A DNA stretch of 64,000 bases from Synergistetes bacterium ADurb.Bin155 (GTDB lineage Bacteria; Synergistota; Synergistia; Synergistales; Thermovirgaceae), in assembly GCA_002070395.1 (NCBI GenBank), contig MWDE01000005.1, positions 22,800 to 86,799 on the forward strand, written 5' to 3'. The position numbers and the translations under genes were made by a program. Shown in pieces: positions 27,267 to 35,120 of this stretch. The notes beneath the pieces were generated by a model. It made no database searches, was not told the DNA's origin, and was given only the letters and a program-made list of their open reading frames with translations. Numbering within the stretch: position 1 is the stretch's first letter; the number at the start of each line of letters is the position of its first letter.

Positions 27267-27797
27267 TCAGCGCATCCTGCCCCCGTGGTGCCTCCTGCAT
27301 CGGCGCCTTCCGCCCATGCCGAAAACTTCGAAGGGCTCGTCGAGGACGCCCTTCTCCCGGCACTCGGCGCAAATCACCGCCATCTCGAAGGTCTGAGGCA
27401 GCAGTTCAAAACCCTCCCGCTCGGCCCACTCCTTCACGACGGCCATCTTCCTGTTCTCATCGTCGAGGTGCACCAGCTTGCCGCAGGACCGGCAGAAGAC
27501 GTGGAAATGCATCTGCTCGTCGGGCACCTCAAAGCGCCAGAAACCCTCCTCTAGGTTCACCATGTTCAACATGCCCAGGCTGTTCAAAAGTTCGATGGTC
27601 CGGTATATCGTGGCTATCCCTATGGAGGGGTCCTCCCGCTGGGCCAGTTCGAGCAGTTCCCTGGCGTTCAGGTGTGTCCCGAGGTGGCGCAGGAGCGTCT
27701 CCACGATGATCCGCCTCTGGCTCGTCAGCCTGAAGCCTAGCGACTTCAGCCTCCCCATGTACATTTCGATGCTCTCGGTCAGTTCCTCCTCACGCAT
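27267..27797 (-). CDS. Fur-family metalloregulator with Arg/His-rich C-terminal tail
   Basis: RLTSQRRIIVETL...ATIYRTIELL...HFHVFCRSCGKLVHL...CAEC is a Fur-family pattern. The tail is GMGGRRRCRRHHGGRMR. Confidence 0.8.
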   Translation of the reverse strand: MREEELTESIEMYMGRLKSLGFRLTSQRRIIVETLLRHLGTHLNARELLELAQREDPSIGIATIYRTIELLNSLGMLNMVNLEEGFWRFEVPDEQMHFHVFCRSCGKLVHLDDENRKMAVVKEWAEREGFELLPQTFEMAVICAECREKGVLDEPFEVFGMGGRRRCRRHHGGRMR

Positions 27798-27830
27798 TCA
27801 AGGCTCCTTTCCCTCTCGGGAGGCCCGCTC

Positions 27831-29336
27831 TCAGCGGAAGATCAGCTCCTTGTCCGAGGGGTAGGTCACGGTGTACTTCACGCTTACCTGGCTGCTCTTC
27901 CCCTTGTCGAGGGCGATCTCCCAGGTGAGGAAACCCTTCTCGTCCCTCTCAGCGGGCGCGGGGGAAAGGGTTACATCCTGGATCTTGATCGCCTCGTTGG
28001 CCGGCACGGGCACCCGGTCCTTTACCCTCACCTTCACGGCCTTATCCAGGCCGTTGCTCACCGTTATTATATACCCCCGCTGGTGCTTGCCCTTCACGAT
28101 CCAGCTGGTGCCCGTGGTGGGGATCATCTCCTCCCGCTCCGCCGTCACCAGGGGCGTCGTCCCGAAGGGCAGCACCGCCTCCTGCCCCATGGATAGGGCC
28201 TCGAGGCGCGTCCTGCCCGTGTCCTTGCCGTCGACGGAGAGCCTCGCCTCGCCGGGCAGCAAGGCCCTCCCGAGGGACTTCACCGTCGCCACCGTCCAGG
28301 CCTCGGGCGAGTACTCGGGGATGCAGACCAGCGAGACCTCACTCTCTTCCGTGAAGGTCCCCGCGTCGATGGTCACGTCCTCGCCGGAACCGTTGACCGC
28401 CGCGCTGGTCCTGATGGCCACGTCGGTGAGCCCCTCTTCGAGGTACTCCCCGGCGGCGCCGTCCAGGGCGGGAGCAGCCGCCCTCATAGCGAGCTCGAAG
28501 GCCTTCTTGTTCTTGTCGGGGTCATGGATATCGGCTATCAGCGGGGGCATATCGGGGATACGGACCCCGCCCCTGGGCCTCACCGTGTGGAAGACCACCT
28601 CGCCGTCCCAGTCGATGCCGCTCTTCTGGTTCACCTCGACGCCGTAGACGCCCCGGATCTCCCCCGTCGAACTGTTCAGTTCCAGCCGGTAGAGCGGCCT
28701 CCACCGGGCGCTGTCGGTCCGGGCTGTCAGCAGGACCTCCCCCTTGCCCTCCGTCGAAAAGGTCACGAGGACGACCCTGTCGGGCCGGCCGGGGAAGCGT
28801 CCCTCGTACTCCGCCTTCAGAGCCTCGTACTCCTTCTGGGCCTTCTCCAGGAGCCCCTTCGTCTCCGAAGCCTTCAACTCCAGGGCCTCCCGTTTCTTCA
28901 AAGCCGCGTCCACGTAGGCCGCCAGCTCAACCTCCTTCAGCCCCTCGGGCACGGCCGCCTCAAGGTGCTTCACCCCCTGGGCGATCGAGGCGGCCCTGGA
29001 GGAGAGCACCTCCACCTGGGCATGGGCCTTTTCCACTTCCTCGGCGAGGGGGGCCAGCGATGGAGGCACCCACCCCGTACGGGGGACTTCCCTCACGTCG
29101 AGACCGGCCACCTTTACGTCGCCCTCACCGCTCACCGTGACCGAAGAGGGGTCAAAGGCCGAGGGCAGCTCCAGGGACATAGCGGGTTCCGCGGCCAGGC
29201 TTATTCTCACGACCGCTTCCCCGGGGTAGACGTCCACGCGCCCCGCCGTCACCGCCGCCAAGGCCGTGCCGCAAAACAGCGTCAGCAACATCACCGCCAA
29301 GGATGTCAAAAAGAATCCACGCCTCATCCATCTCAC
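27831..29336 (-). CDS. DUF4139-domain protein (mucoidy-inhibitor MuiA-like), secreted
   Basis: Signal peptide, a coiled-coil middle region and a beta-rich C-terminus ending ...VKYTVTYP, typical of this family. The call is from memory. Confidence 0.65.
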   Translation of the reverse strand: MRWMRRGFFLTSLAVMLLTLFCGTALAAVTAGRVDVYPGEAVVRISLAAEPAMSLELPSAFDPSSVTVSGEGDVKVAGLDVREVPRTGWVPPSLAPLAEEVEKAHAQVEVLSSRAASIAQGVKHLEAAVPEGLKEVELAAYVDAALKKREALELKASETKGLLEKAQKEYEALKAEYEGRFPGRPDRVVLVTFSTEGKGEVLLTARTDSARWRPLYRLELNSSTGEIRGVYGVEVNQKSGIDWDGEVVFHTVRPRGGVRIPDMPPLIADIHDPDKNKKAFELAMRAAAPALDGAAGEYLEEGLTDVAIRTSAAVNGSGEDVTIDAGTFTEESEVSLVCIPEYSPEAWTVATVKSLGRALLPGEARLSVDGKDTGRTRLEALSMGQEAVLPFGTTPLVTAEREEMIPTTGTSWIVKGKHQRGYIITVSNGLDKAVKVRVKDRVPVPANEAIKIQDVTLSPAPAERDEKGFLTWEIALDKGKSSQVSVKYTVTYPSDKELIFR

Positions 29337-29437
29337 CTCCCATGATCAGTATTCCATTCTACCGGAACCCGCCAAATAATGCTGTTTCTTGCCCCTTGTC
29401 ATTGGCCTTCCCCTTGATCTCTGCCCCTGGTCCTTGT

Positions 29438-29551
29438 CTTGATCCTGGCCTTGATCCTGGTCTTGATCCTGGCCTTGATCCTGGCCTTGATCCTGGCCTT
29501 GATCCTGGCCTTGATCCTGGTCTTGATCCTGGTCCTCGTCTTGATCCTGGT
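29438..29551 (+). repeat. 12-bp tandem repeat CTTGATCCTGGY (8 contiguous units, then a 6-bp gap and a 9th unit)
   Basis: Read directly. The units abut with no spacers. Confidence 0.95.
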
Positions 29552-29765
29552 CTTTGTCTTTGTCCCTGCCCTTGCCCTGTTCCTCCCTCGCCCTCACCTT
29601 TGCCCTTGTCTTAGGCCCTCTCGATCCCATGACCCCTAACGACAGCATTGGTTCAACCTTCCACCCACATTTTCCCTCCCGATCCCCTCCCGCTCCTTCA
29701 CCGCCATCTCATCTCCCCATCCCGCGCCCCCGCTTTTTGCCCCTAAGCCTTGGCCCTTCAGGTTT

Positions 29766-29821
29766 ACGATTCACGATTCACGATTCACGATTCACGATTC
29801 ACGATTCACGATTTACGATTT
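29766..29821 (-). repeat. heptamer tandem array (6x ACGATTC + 2x ACGATTT on the plus strand, i.e. CGTGAAT/CGTAAAT on the minus strand)
   Basis: Read directly. It lies adjacent to core copy C. Confidence 0.95.
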
Positions 29822-29849
29822 ACGGAACTTACCCTTCCTACCTCATAAT

Positions 29850-29884
29850 GTATACAAATGCTCAAATTCAAGGTCTGACCCCAA
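29850..29884 (-). repeat. 35-bp repeat core, copy C (consensus, inverted)
   Basis: The reverse complement is identical to copy B. Confidence 0.95.
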
Positions 29885-29886
29885 TC

Positions 29887-29936
29887 AGGTCTGACCCCAA
29901 TCTCCCACAAATTCAAGGTCTGACCCCAATCTCCCA
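29887..29936 (-). repeat. two extra partial copies of the core outer end
   Basis: AGGTCTGACCCCAATCTCCCA occurs at 29887-29907 and at 29916-29936. The second is preceded by CAAATTCA from the core. Confidence 0.9.
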
Positions 29937-29967
29937 GGAGTGATAAACTATCTACGAGGTGAAGTCC

Positions 29968-31059
29968 ATGCTCAGCTGCGGCATCGTGGGCCTGCCCCTT
30001 TCAGGCAAGACCACACTCTTCAACGTCATCACCAAGGCGGGCGCCGAGGTCAAGCCCTACGCGGGGGGAAAGACCGACCCCAACAGGGCCGTGATACCCG
30101 TGCCGGACGCCCGTTTCGACAAATTGACGGAAATCTGCCACCCCCGGAAGGCAACGCCGGCCGTGGTGGAGTTCGTCGACCTGGCCGGCCTCTCCCGGGA
30201 CGCCAGCAAGGGCGCCGGCCTGGGCAACTCCTTTCTCTCCTTCGTCGCCGAATCGGCCGCCCTGGTCCACGTGGTACGCTGCTTCGACAACCCCGACGTC
30301 CCCCACTCGGAGGAGACCCTCGACCCCGTCCGGGACTGGCACATCGTCGAGACGGAACTTATCCTGAGGGACCTCTCCGCCATCGAGAACAGGCTCGGCA
30401 AATTGGCCGAGAAAAAAAGGCCCATCCCCACCGAGGCGGCCGAACAGGCCCTGCTGGAGCGCTGCCGCGACCACCTCTACGAGGAGCGCCCCCTGAGGGA
30501 GATGGCCCTCTCCGGCGAGGACGAGAAGGCCCTCCGGGGCTTCACCTTCCTCACCCAGAAACCTGAACTGGTGGTCCTCAACCTCGACGAGACCCAAATC
30601 TCCTCGGACCTCCCCTGGGGCGAGGCCATGGAAAAACTCGCCTCCGAGAGGGGGCTGGGCCTCGCCAGAGTCTTCGGCCGCATGGAGATGGAGATGGCCG
30701 AACTCCTCCCCGACGAACAGGCCGAATTCATGGCTGAACTGGGGCTGACGGAACCCGGCAGGGAGAGGCTCATCCGCGAGGCCTACTCCCGGCTGGGGCT
30801 CATCAGCTTCTTCACCATAGGCAAGGACGAGGTCAAGGCCTGGACCCTCAAAAAGGGAGGCACCGCCCTCGACGCCGCCGGCGCGATTCACACCGACCTC
30901 GCCAGGGGTTTCATCAGGGCCCAGGTGGTCCGCTACGACGACTTCGAGGCTTGCGAATTCTCTAGCGCCGCCTGCCGCGAGAAGGGCCTCCTGGGGCTAG
31001 AAGGAAAGGACTACACCGTCAGGGACGGTGATATCATCGAGATAAGGTTCAACGTCTGA
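29968..31059 (+). CDS. ychF: redox-regulated ATPase YchF (Obg-like GTPase family)
   Basis: GIVGLPLSGKTTLFNVIT is the P-loop, with a C-terminal TGS-like domain. ATG 29968 follows GAGGTGA. Confidence 0.9.
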   Translation: MLSCGIVGLPLSGKTTLFNVITKAGAEVKPYAGGKTDPNRAVIPVPDARFDKLTEICHPRKATPAVVEFVDLAGLSRDASKGAGLGNSFLSFVAESAALVHVVRCFDNPDVPHSEETLDPVRDWHIVETELILRDLSAIENRLGKLAEKKRPIPTEAAEQALLERCRDHLYEERPLREMALSGEDEKALRGFTFLTQKPELVVLNLDETQISSDLPWGEAMEKLASERGLGLARVFGRMEMEMAELLPDEQAEFMAELGLTEPGRERLIREAYSRLGLISFFTIGKDEVKAWTLKKGGTALDAAGAIHTDLARGFIRAQVVRYDDFEACEFSSAACREKGLLGLEGKDYTVRDGDIIEIRFNV

Positions 31060-31075
31060 TGGGAGGAATGCCTTC

Positions 31076-32080
31076 ATGACCCTGCTTTTCGAACCCCTGG
31101 AGATCCGGGGGCACCGCCTGCGGAACAGGATCGTGGCGCCCCCCATGGCGTCGCTCACGTCCACCAAGACGGGGCTGCCCACGGTGGACACCCTCGACAA
31201 CTACCGTCCCCTGACGGAGAGCGGTGTGGGCCTGGCCATCCTGGAACACCACGCCGTCCATGCCGAGGGCAGGACCCGCCTCCGCCAGCTCCTGCTCGAC
31301 CGGGACGAAGTGCTCTCCTACCAGGGCGACCTGGCGGGGCTCTTCTCCGGGGCCGGGCTCCCGGCGCTGGTCCAGGTCAACCACGCAGGCTCCTACGTGG
31401 AGGACGACGACCTCCTTGACGACGGTTGGCTCCCCAAGGCCCCCTCGCCGATAAGGCACCCCCGTTCCACCGCCCTCATCATGCCCGTCAAGCTGACCCT
31501 CGAGGAGATCGCCCTGATACCGGTGGCCTTCCTCGAGGCCGCCTCAAGGGCCGTCAGGGCGGGCTACTGCGGCGTGGAAATCCACGCCGCCCACGGCTAC
31601 CTCCTGGGGCAGTTCCTCAGCCCCATGACCAACCGGCGCTCCGACAACTACGGCGGGAGCATCAAGAACAGGGCCAGGCTCCTCTTCGAAGTCCACGAGG
31701 CGGTGCGCGAAGCCGTCGGCGACGAGGCCGTCGTCGCGGTGAGGCTGGGCATGGCCGACACCCTCCCGGGGGCCGAACCCGTCGGCCAGACCGTCGACGA
31801 CGCCCGGTGGGTGGCTGCGGAGTTCTCCTCCGTCGGCCTGGACCTGCTGGACTTCTCGGGCAACATGTGCGGCTACGACGGCCACGGCGAGGCCTGGTTC
31901 GCCCCCTACTGCCGCACCGTCAAGGACTCCGCCGGCGACGTCCCCACCATCTGCACCGGGGGTATCCGCTCCGCCGAGACGGCCCTGCGGCTCTTGGAGA
32001 GGGGCGACTGCGACCTCGTCGGCGTAGGGAGGGCGCTCAAAAGAGACCCGGGCCTTATCCATAAATGGAAGGACCTTTAA
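31076..32080 (+). CDS. NADH:flavin oxidoreductase (Old Yellow Enzyme family)
   Basis: LRNRIVAPPM...GVEIHAAHGYLLGQFLSP..N.R.D.YGGS..NR is the OYE signature. Confidence 0.85.
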   Translation: MTLLFEPLEIRGHRLRNRIVAPPMASLTSTKTGLPTVDTLDNYRPLTESGVGLAILEHHAVHAEGRTRLRQLLLDRDEVLSYQGDLAGLFSGAGLPALVQVNHAGSYVEDDDLLDDGWLPKAPSPIRHPRSTALIMPVKLTLEEIALIPVAFLEAASRAVRAGYCGVEIHAAHGYLLGQFLSPMTNRRSDNYGGSIKNRARLLFEVHEAVREAVGDEAVVAVRLGMADTLPGAEPVGQTVDDARWVAAEFSSVGLDLLDFSGNMCGYDGHGEAWFAPYCRTVKDSAGDVPTICTGGIRSAETALRLLERGDCDLVGVGRALKRDPGLIHKWKDL

Positions 32081-32985
32081 TGAGAGTCCTGGGGGCGGAC
32101 CTGGGGGGGCACTTCATAAAGGCCGCCCTCGTCGAGGGCGGGGCGGTGGCGGCCCGGGAGACGGTCCCAACCCCCGAAAGCCGCTCCCCCGCTGACGTCA
32201 TCGCCGCCGTCGCGGCCCTGGCATCGAGGCTGGACCCGGAACGTTCGGTCAAAGCCCTGGGCGTCGGCTTCCCTGGTATGCTGGACAGCCGGCGGGAAAA
32301 GGTCCTCCAGGCTCCCAACTTTCCCCTCATGGTGGGCTACCCCTTCCGGTCAGCCCTCGCCCAGGCATGCGGCCGCGAAGTGGCCCTCGAGAACGACGCC
32401 CACTGCGCCGCCCTGGGGGAGTGGGCTTTCGGAGCCGCCAAGGACCTGACGGACTTCGTCCTTCTCACCCTTGGGACGGGCATCGGCGGGGCGATCGTAT
32501 CGGGGGGCCGCCTGGTCACGGGGGCCTACGGCAAGGCCGGCGAACTGGGGCACCTGGCCGTGGCCGGCGACGCCCCCTGCGGCTGCGGAGCTTTGGGGCA
32601 CGCCGAGGCCCTCTTCGGCGCCGACGCCCTGGGCCGGGCCTTCTCCGAAGCCGGCATAGAAGGCGACCTCCCGGAGCTCTGGCTCCGACGCGGCGAACCC
32701 CGCCTGGCACCGCTGTGGGAAAAGGCCCTGGACGCCCTGGCGAGGCTCATCGCCTCCGTGTCCCACGCCCTCGACCCCCAGGCCGTCATCCTCGGCGGCG
32801 GCCTCTCCCGCGGCCTCGGCCTCGTTGAGACCCTCCGGCCGCTGGTCCTGCGCTACACCGCCCCGCCCTTCAGGGAGACCTTCGACCTCCGCCTCGCCGC
32901 CCTCGGCGACGACGCCGCCCTCCTCGGCTCCGCCCTCGGCTTCGCCTTGGGGTCAGACCTTGAATTTGATCAATTGTGTACATAA
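32080..32985 (+). CDS. ROK-family sugar kinase (glucokinase-like)
   Basis: Carries GADLGGHFIKA, LTLGTGIGGAIV, and the zinc motif GHL...C.CG..GH.E. The start overlaps the OYE stop (TAATG). The last 12 codons and the stop lie inside repeat core copy D. Confidence 0.85.
   Translation: MRVLGADLGGHFIKAALVEGGAVAARETVPTPESRSPADVIAAVAALASRLDPERSVKALGVGFPGMLDSRREKVLQAPNFPLMVGYPFRSALAQACGREVALENDAHCAALGEWAFGAAKDLTDFVLLTLGTGIGGAIVSGGRLVTGAYGKAGELGHLAVAGDAPCGCGALGHAEALFGADALGRAFSEAGIEGDLPELWLRRGEPRLAPLWEKALDALARLIASVSHALDPQAVILGGGLSRGLGLVETLRPLVLRYTAPPFRETFDLRLAALGDDAALLGSALGFALGSDLEFDQLCT
32947..32981 (+). repeat. 35-bp repeat core, copy D (3 mismatches)
   Basis: TTGGGGTCAGACCTTGAATTTGATCAATTGTGTAC. 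Confidence 0.95.
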
Positions 32986-33217
32986 GGGCGTGAGACGGGA
33001 GACGTTAGACGGTAGACGTAGGGTCAAAAGCTTGAAGCCAAAGGAAAACTCGTAAATCGGGGATCGAAAAAAAGTGGCAGTGGACGACAGCCGCTCCCCG
33101 CTTTTTGCTTTTGGTCTTCCGTCTTACTTCTCACGCCCTTCAGGCCCTCCCTGCCTCCTATTGCCTCGTTTTTTGTTTTTCCGTCTTCCGTCTCACGTCT
33201 ACCGTCTCACGCCCTTA
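32983..33217. repeat. pair of inverted heptamer arrays (CGTGAGA/CGGGAGA/CGTTAGA/CGGTAGA flavour)
   Basis: The left arm is TAAGGGCGTGAGACGGGAGACGTTAGACGGTAGACG (32983-33018). The right arm is CGTCTTCCGTCTCACGTCTACCGTCTCACGCCCTTA (about 33182-33217). Confidence 0.85.
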
Positions 33218-33225
33218 GTGTTTCC

Positions 33226-34077
33226 CTATCCCTCAAACCTGAACCTGTCGGCAAGGTCCGCCATTCTTTCTTCCGTGAAGGCGGCCCTCACCAGTTCGAC
33301 GTCTTCATCCTCGAGAAAGGGCTCGACATCATCGAAAGCTTTGCGGAAATTTACTCTTCTGCAGACTTCAACATAATGTTCCTTAAAAAGATCCTGTGTA
33401 AGAGAAACCCTTTCCTCCAACTTGCCGGACTGCTTCATCTTCCTTTCCAGACACTCGATTCTCAAAGGGATCTCCTGTCCCAGGTACCAGAGCATGTCAA
33501 ACCAGTCACGCCCCTTCACCCGGAATCTCCAGCTCCTGAAAAGGACTGCATGCATCTTCCCCGCAAAAAGATCCGGCTTTTGAAAGGTCGAGACCAAAAA
33601 GGGGGCGGGCGAAAGGACCTGTTCTGTCACCGGTTCCGGGCGGCAGGGATCGTCGAGGTCTATCTCCAGCCTCACCATGACCTGCTTCCGTGCGTGGACA
33701 GCATCGATAAGGTGCCGCCCCTGGGGGTAATAGGCCCTCCTGTTGGACAGGCTCTCTCTCAGCATCACTCTTACAAGCATCTTCGGGGTGCTCTGCCCCG
33801 ATCTAAGTTCAACATCGGAGACCGAAAACCCGTAAGCCTCGGCGTATTTCCTCACCGAAGAGAGAAAGGGCTCCCAAGAGAACGATTCACAATCCTCCAG
33901 GCAGGCAAAGTCAAGATCCTCGGAACTGCGCCTCAAACCGTAAAGGAGCCTCAGGGCCGTACCCCCGTAAAAGATGTTGCTCACGAAGAAACGCTCCCTG
34001 CTGAGAGCCAGAAGGATCACCCTCTGGAGGTCTTCCCTCAGAACGTTCTCAAGCTGCCCCAGCGTATCCAAAAGCAT
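33226..34077 (-). CDS. abiEii: AbiEii/AbiGii-family nucleotidyltransferase toxin (type IV TA / abortive infection)
   Basis: The N-terminus ...FYGGTALRLLYGL.R.SEDLDF is the characteristic DUF1814/AbiEii motif. It lies directly downstream of the AbiEi-like gene with no gap. Confidence 0.85.
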   Translation of the reverse strand: MLLDTLGQLENVLREDLQRVILLALSRERFFVSNIFYGGTALRLLYGLRRSSEDLDFACLEDCESFSWEPFLSSVRKYAEAYGFSVSDVELRSGQSTPKMLVRVMLRESLSNRRAYYPQGRHLIDAVHARKQVMVRLEIDLDDPCRPEPVTEQVLSPAPFLVSTFQKPDLFAGKMHAVLFRSWRFRVKGRDWFDMLWYLGQEIPLRIECLERKMKQSGKLEERVSLTQDLFKEHYVEVCRRVNFRKAFDDVEPFLEDEDVELVRAAFTEERMADLADRFRFEG

Positions 34078-34746
34078 CTACCTCCCTTTCAAGACCCTGG
34101 CTAGGGCCTCTACCTTCCTCGAACGGTACCCCTCGGCGATCTCCTCGATCAGGACAGGGTCCAGTTCCGAAAGGGCGGCCTCTTCTATCCTTAAATTGTC
34201 CAGCAGGTATTCCCGCGTCTCGCCGATGGCTGGCGAAAGGCCCTTTTCAAAAAAGACCTTGTCGGCCAGGGCTTTTTCGGGAAACCCCATGGCAAAAAAG
34301 GTCACGCCGTCACCGAAGGAGGCCTCGTAAGACCCCACTCCCCTGGGGTAAGCTCGGGCCGGGATAAACCGGTACGTGAAGATCCCCTCGGGAGTGTGAA
34401 ACCTTTTTGCTCTTGATGACGGAGAATTCCTCATGGCGACAGAGGTCACCTGCCTTGGAGCCTCCGGGATAAGGTTGTGATAGGCCAGCGCCCACTCCAG
34501 GGAGACATAGGACGGCCAGTAAACGCGGTTGGCTAGGACCTCCAGGGGGAAAGCGCCCCGGCGGAACCCGGGCGCTACCGCGTAAAGGCCCCGCTTGATC
34601 CTGACAATGTACCCTCCCCGGACAAGGTCCCGCAGTTTGCTGTTGGGGTCCCCGAATCCTCGAAGGACCTGGACCGCTTCCGATGTATCGAAGATCACGG
34701 GGAACTGGAGCATGAGCAGGGCGTTGCTTCTCTTCATAGCCGACAC
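34078..34746 (-). CDS. abiEi: AbiEi-family antitoxin / transcriptional regulator
   Basis: The N-terminal wHTH pattern (F...EA......G....KL..LV..G.I.RI.RGLYA) is typical of AbiEi_4. It is paired with abiEii. Confidence 0.8.
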   Translation of the reverse strand: MSAMKRSNALLMLQFPVIFDTSEAVQVLRGFGDPNSKLRDLVRGGYIVRIKRGLYAVAPGFRRGAFPLEVLANRVYWPSYVSLEWALAYHNLIPEAPRQVTSVAMRNSPSSRAKRFHTPEGIFTYRFIPARAYPRGVGSYEASFGDGVTFFAMGFPEKALADKVFFEKGLSPAIGETREYLLDNLRIEEAALSELDPVLIEEIAEGYRSRKVEALARVLKGR

Positions 34747-34791
34747 CTCAAGACTATATTACGTTATAACAATTGGCTAATATCGCCATTT

Positions 34792-34819
34792 ATTATAACT
34801 CTTTATATGTTATATTCAA
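34792..34819 (-). promoter_or_regulatory. sigma70-like promoter of abiEi-abiEii
   Basis: On the minus strand: TTGAAT, 16-nt spacer, TATAAT. GTTATAA is repeated twice downstream and is a possible AbiEi autoregulation site. Confidence 0.5.
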
Positions 34820-34870
34820 CCCGTCCTCCGATTCTCCTCCTATACTCCTCGCCTTATTCTTTTGATCTTT

Positions 34871-34968
34871 CGTCTAACGTCTTTCGTCTCCCGTCTTACG
34901 CCCCTTAGGTTTTCCTGCCGCCTGTCGCCTGGTTTTCCGATTCACGATTCACGTATTTTGTCCTTTTC
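34871..34968 (-). repeat. heptamer arrays internal to core copy E
   Basis: CGTCTAA CGTCTTT CGTCTCC CGTCTTA..., then CCGATTCACGATTCACG and the linker GTATTTTGTCCTTTTC. Confidence 0.85.
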
Positions 34969-35003
34969 GTATACAAATGCTCAAATTCAAGGTCTGACCC
35001 CAA
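34969..35003 (-). repeat. 35-bp repeat core, copy E (consensus, inverted)
   Basis: The reverse complement is identical to copy B. Together with copy D it forms an inverted pair around the AbiE genes. Confidence 0.95.
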
Positions 35004-35022
35004 TGTTCTAAAAAATTAAACC

Positions 35023-35052
35023 TTGCAAATCCTCTGAGGATGACAATATAAT
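35023..35052 (+). promoter_or_regulatory. sigma70-like promoter of the polysaccharide export arm
   Basis: TTGCAA, 18-nt spacer, TATAAT. It lies ~70 nt upstream of GTG 35121. Confidence 0.55.
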
Positions 35053-35120
35053 TACTTTTGTATTCCGGTCCCCATCCATTCCCTTGAAGGGGTCGCAACC
35101 CCGCCGAAGGAGGTCCAGCA

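Noticed and set aside
29438-29551. Possible CRISPR array, since regularly spaced short repeats are present.
   Set aside because: The 12-bp units abut directly with no spacers. There are no cas genes in the window, and the unit is far shorter than CRISPR repeats. It is a simple tandem repeat.
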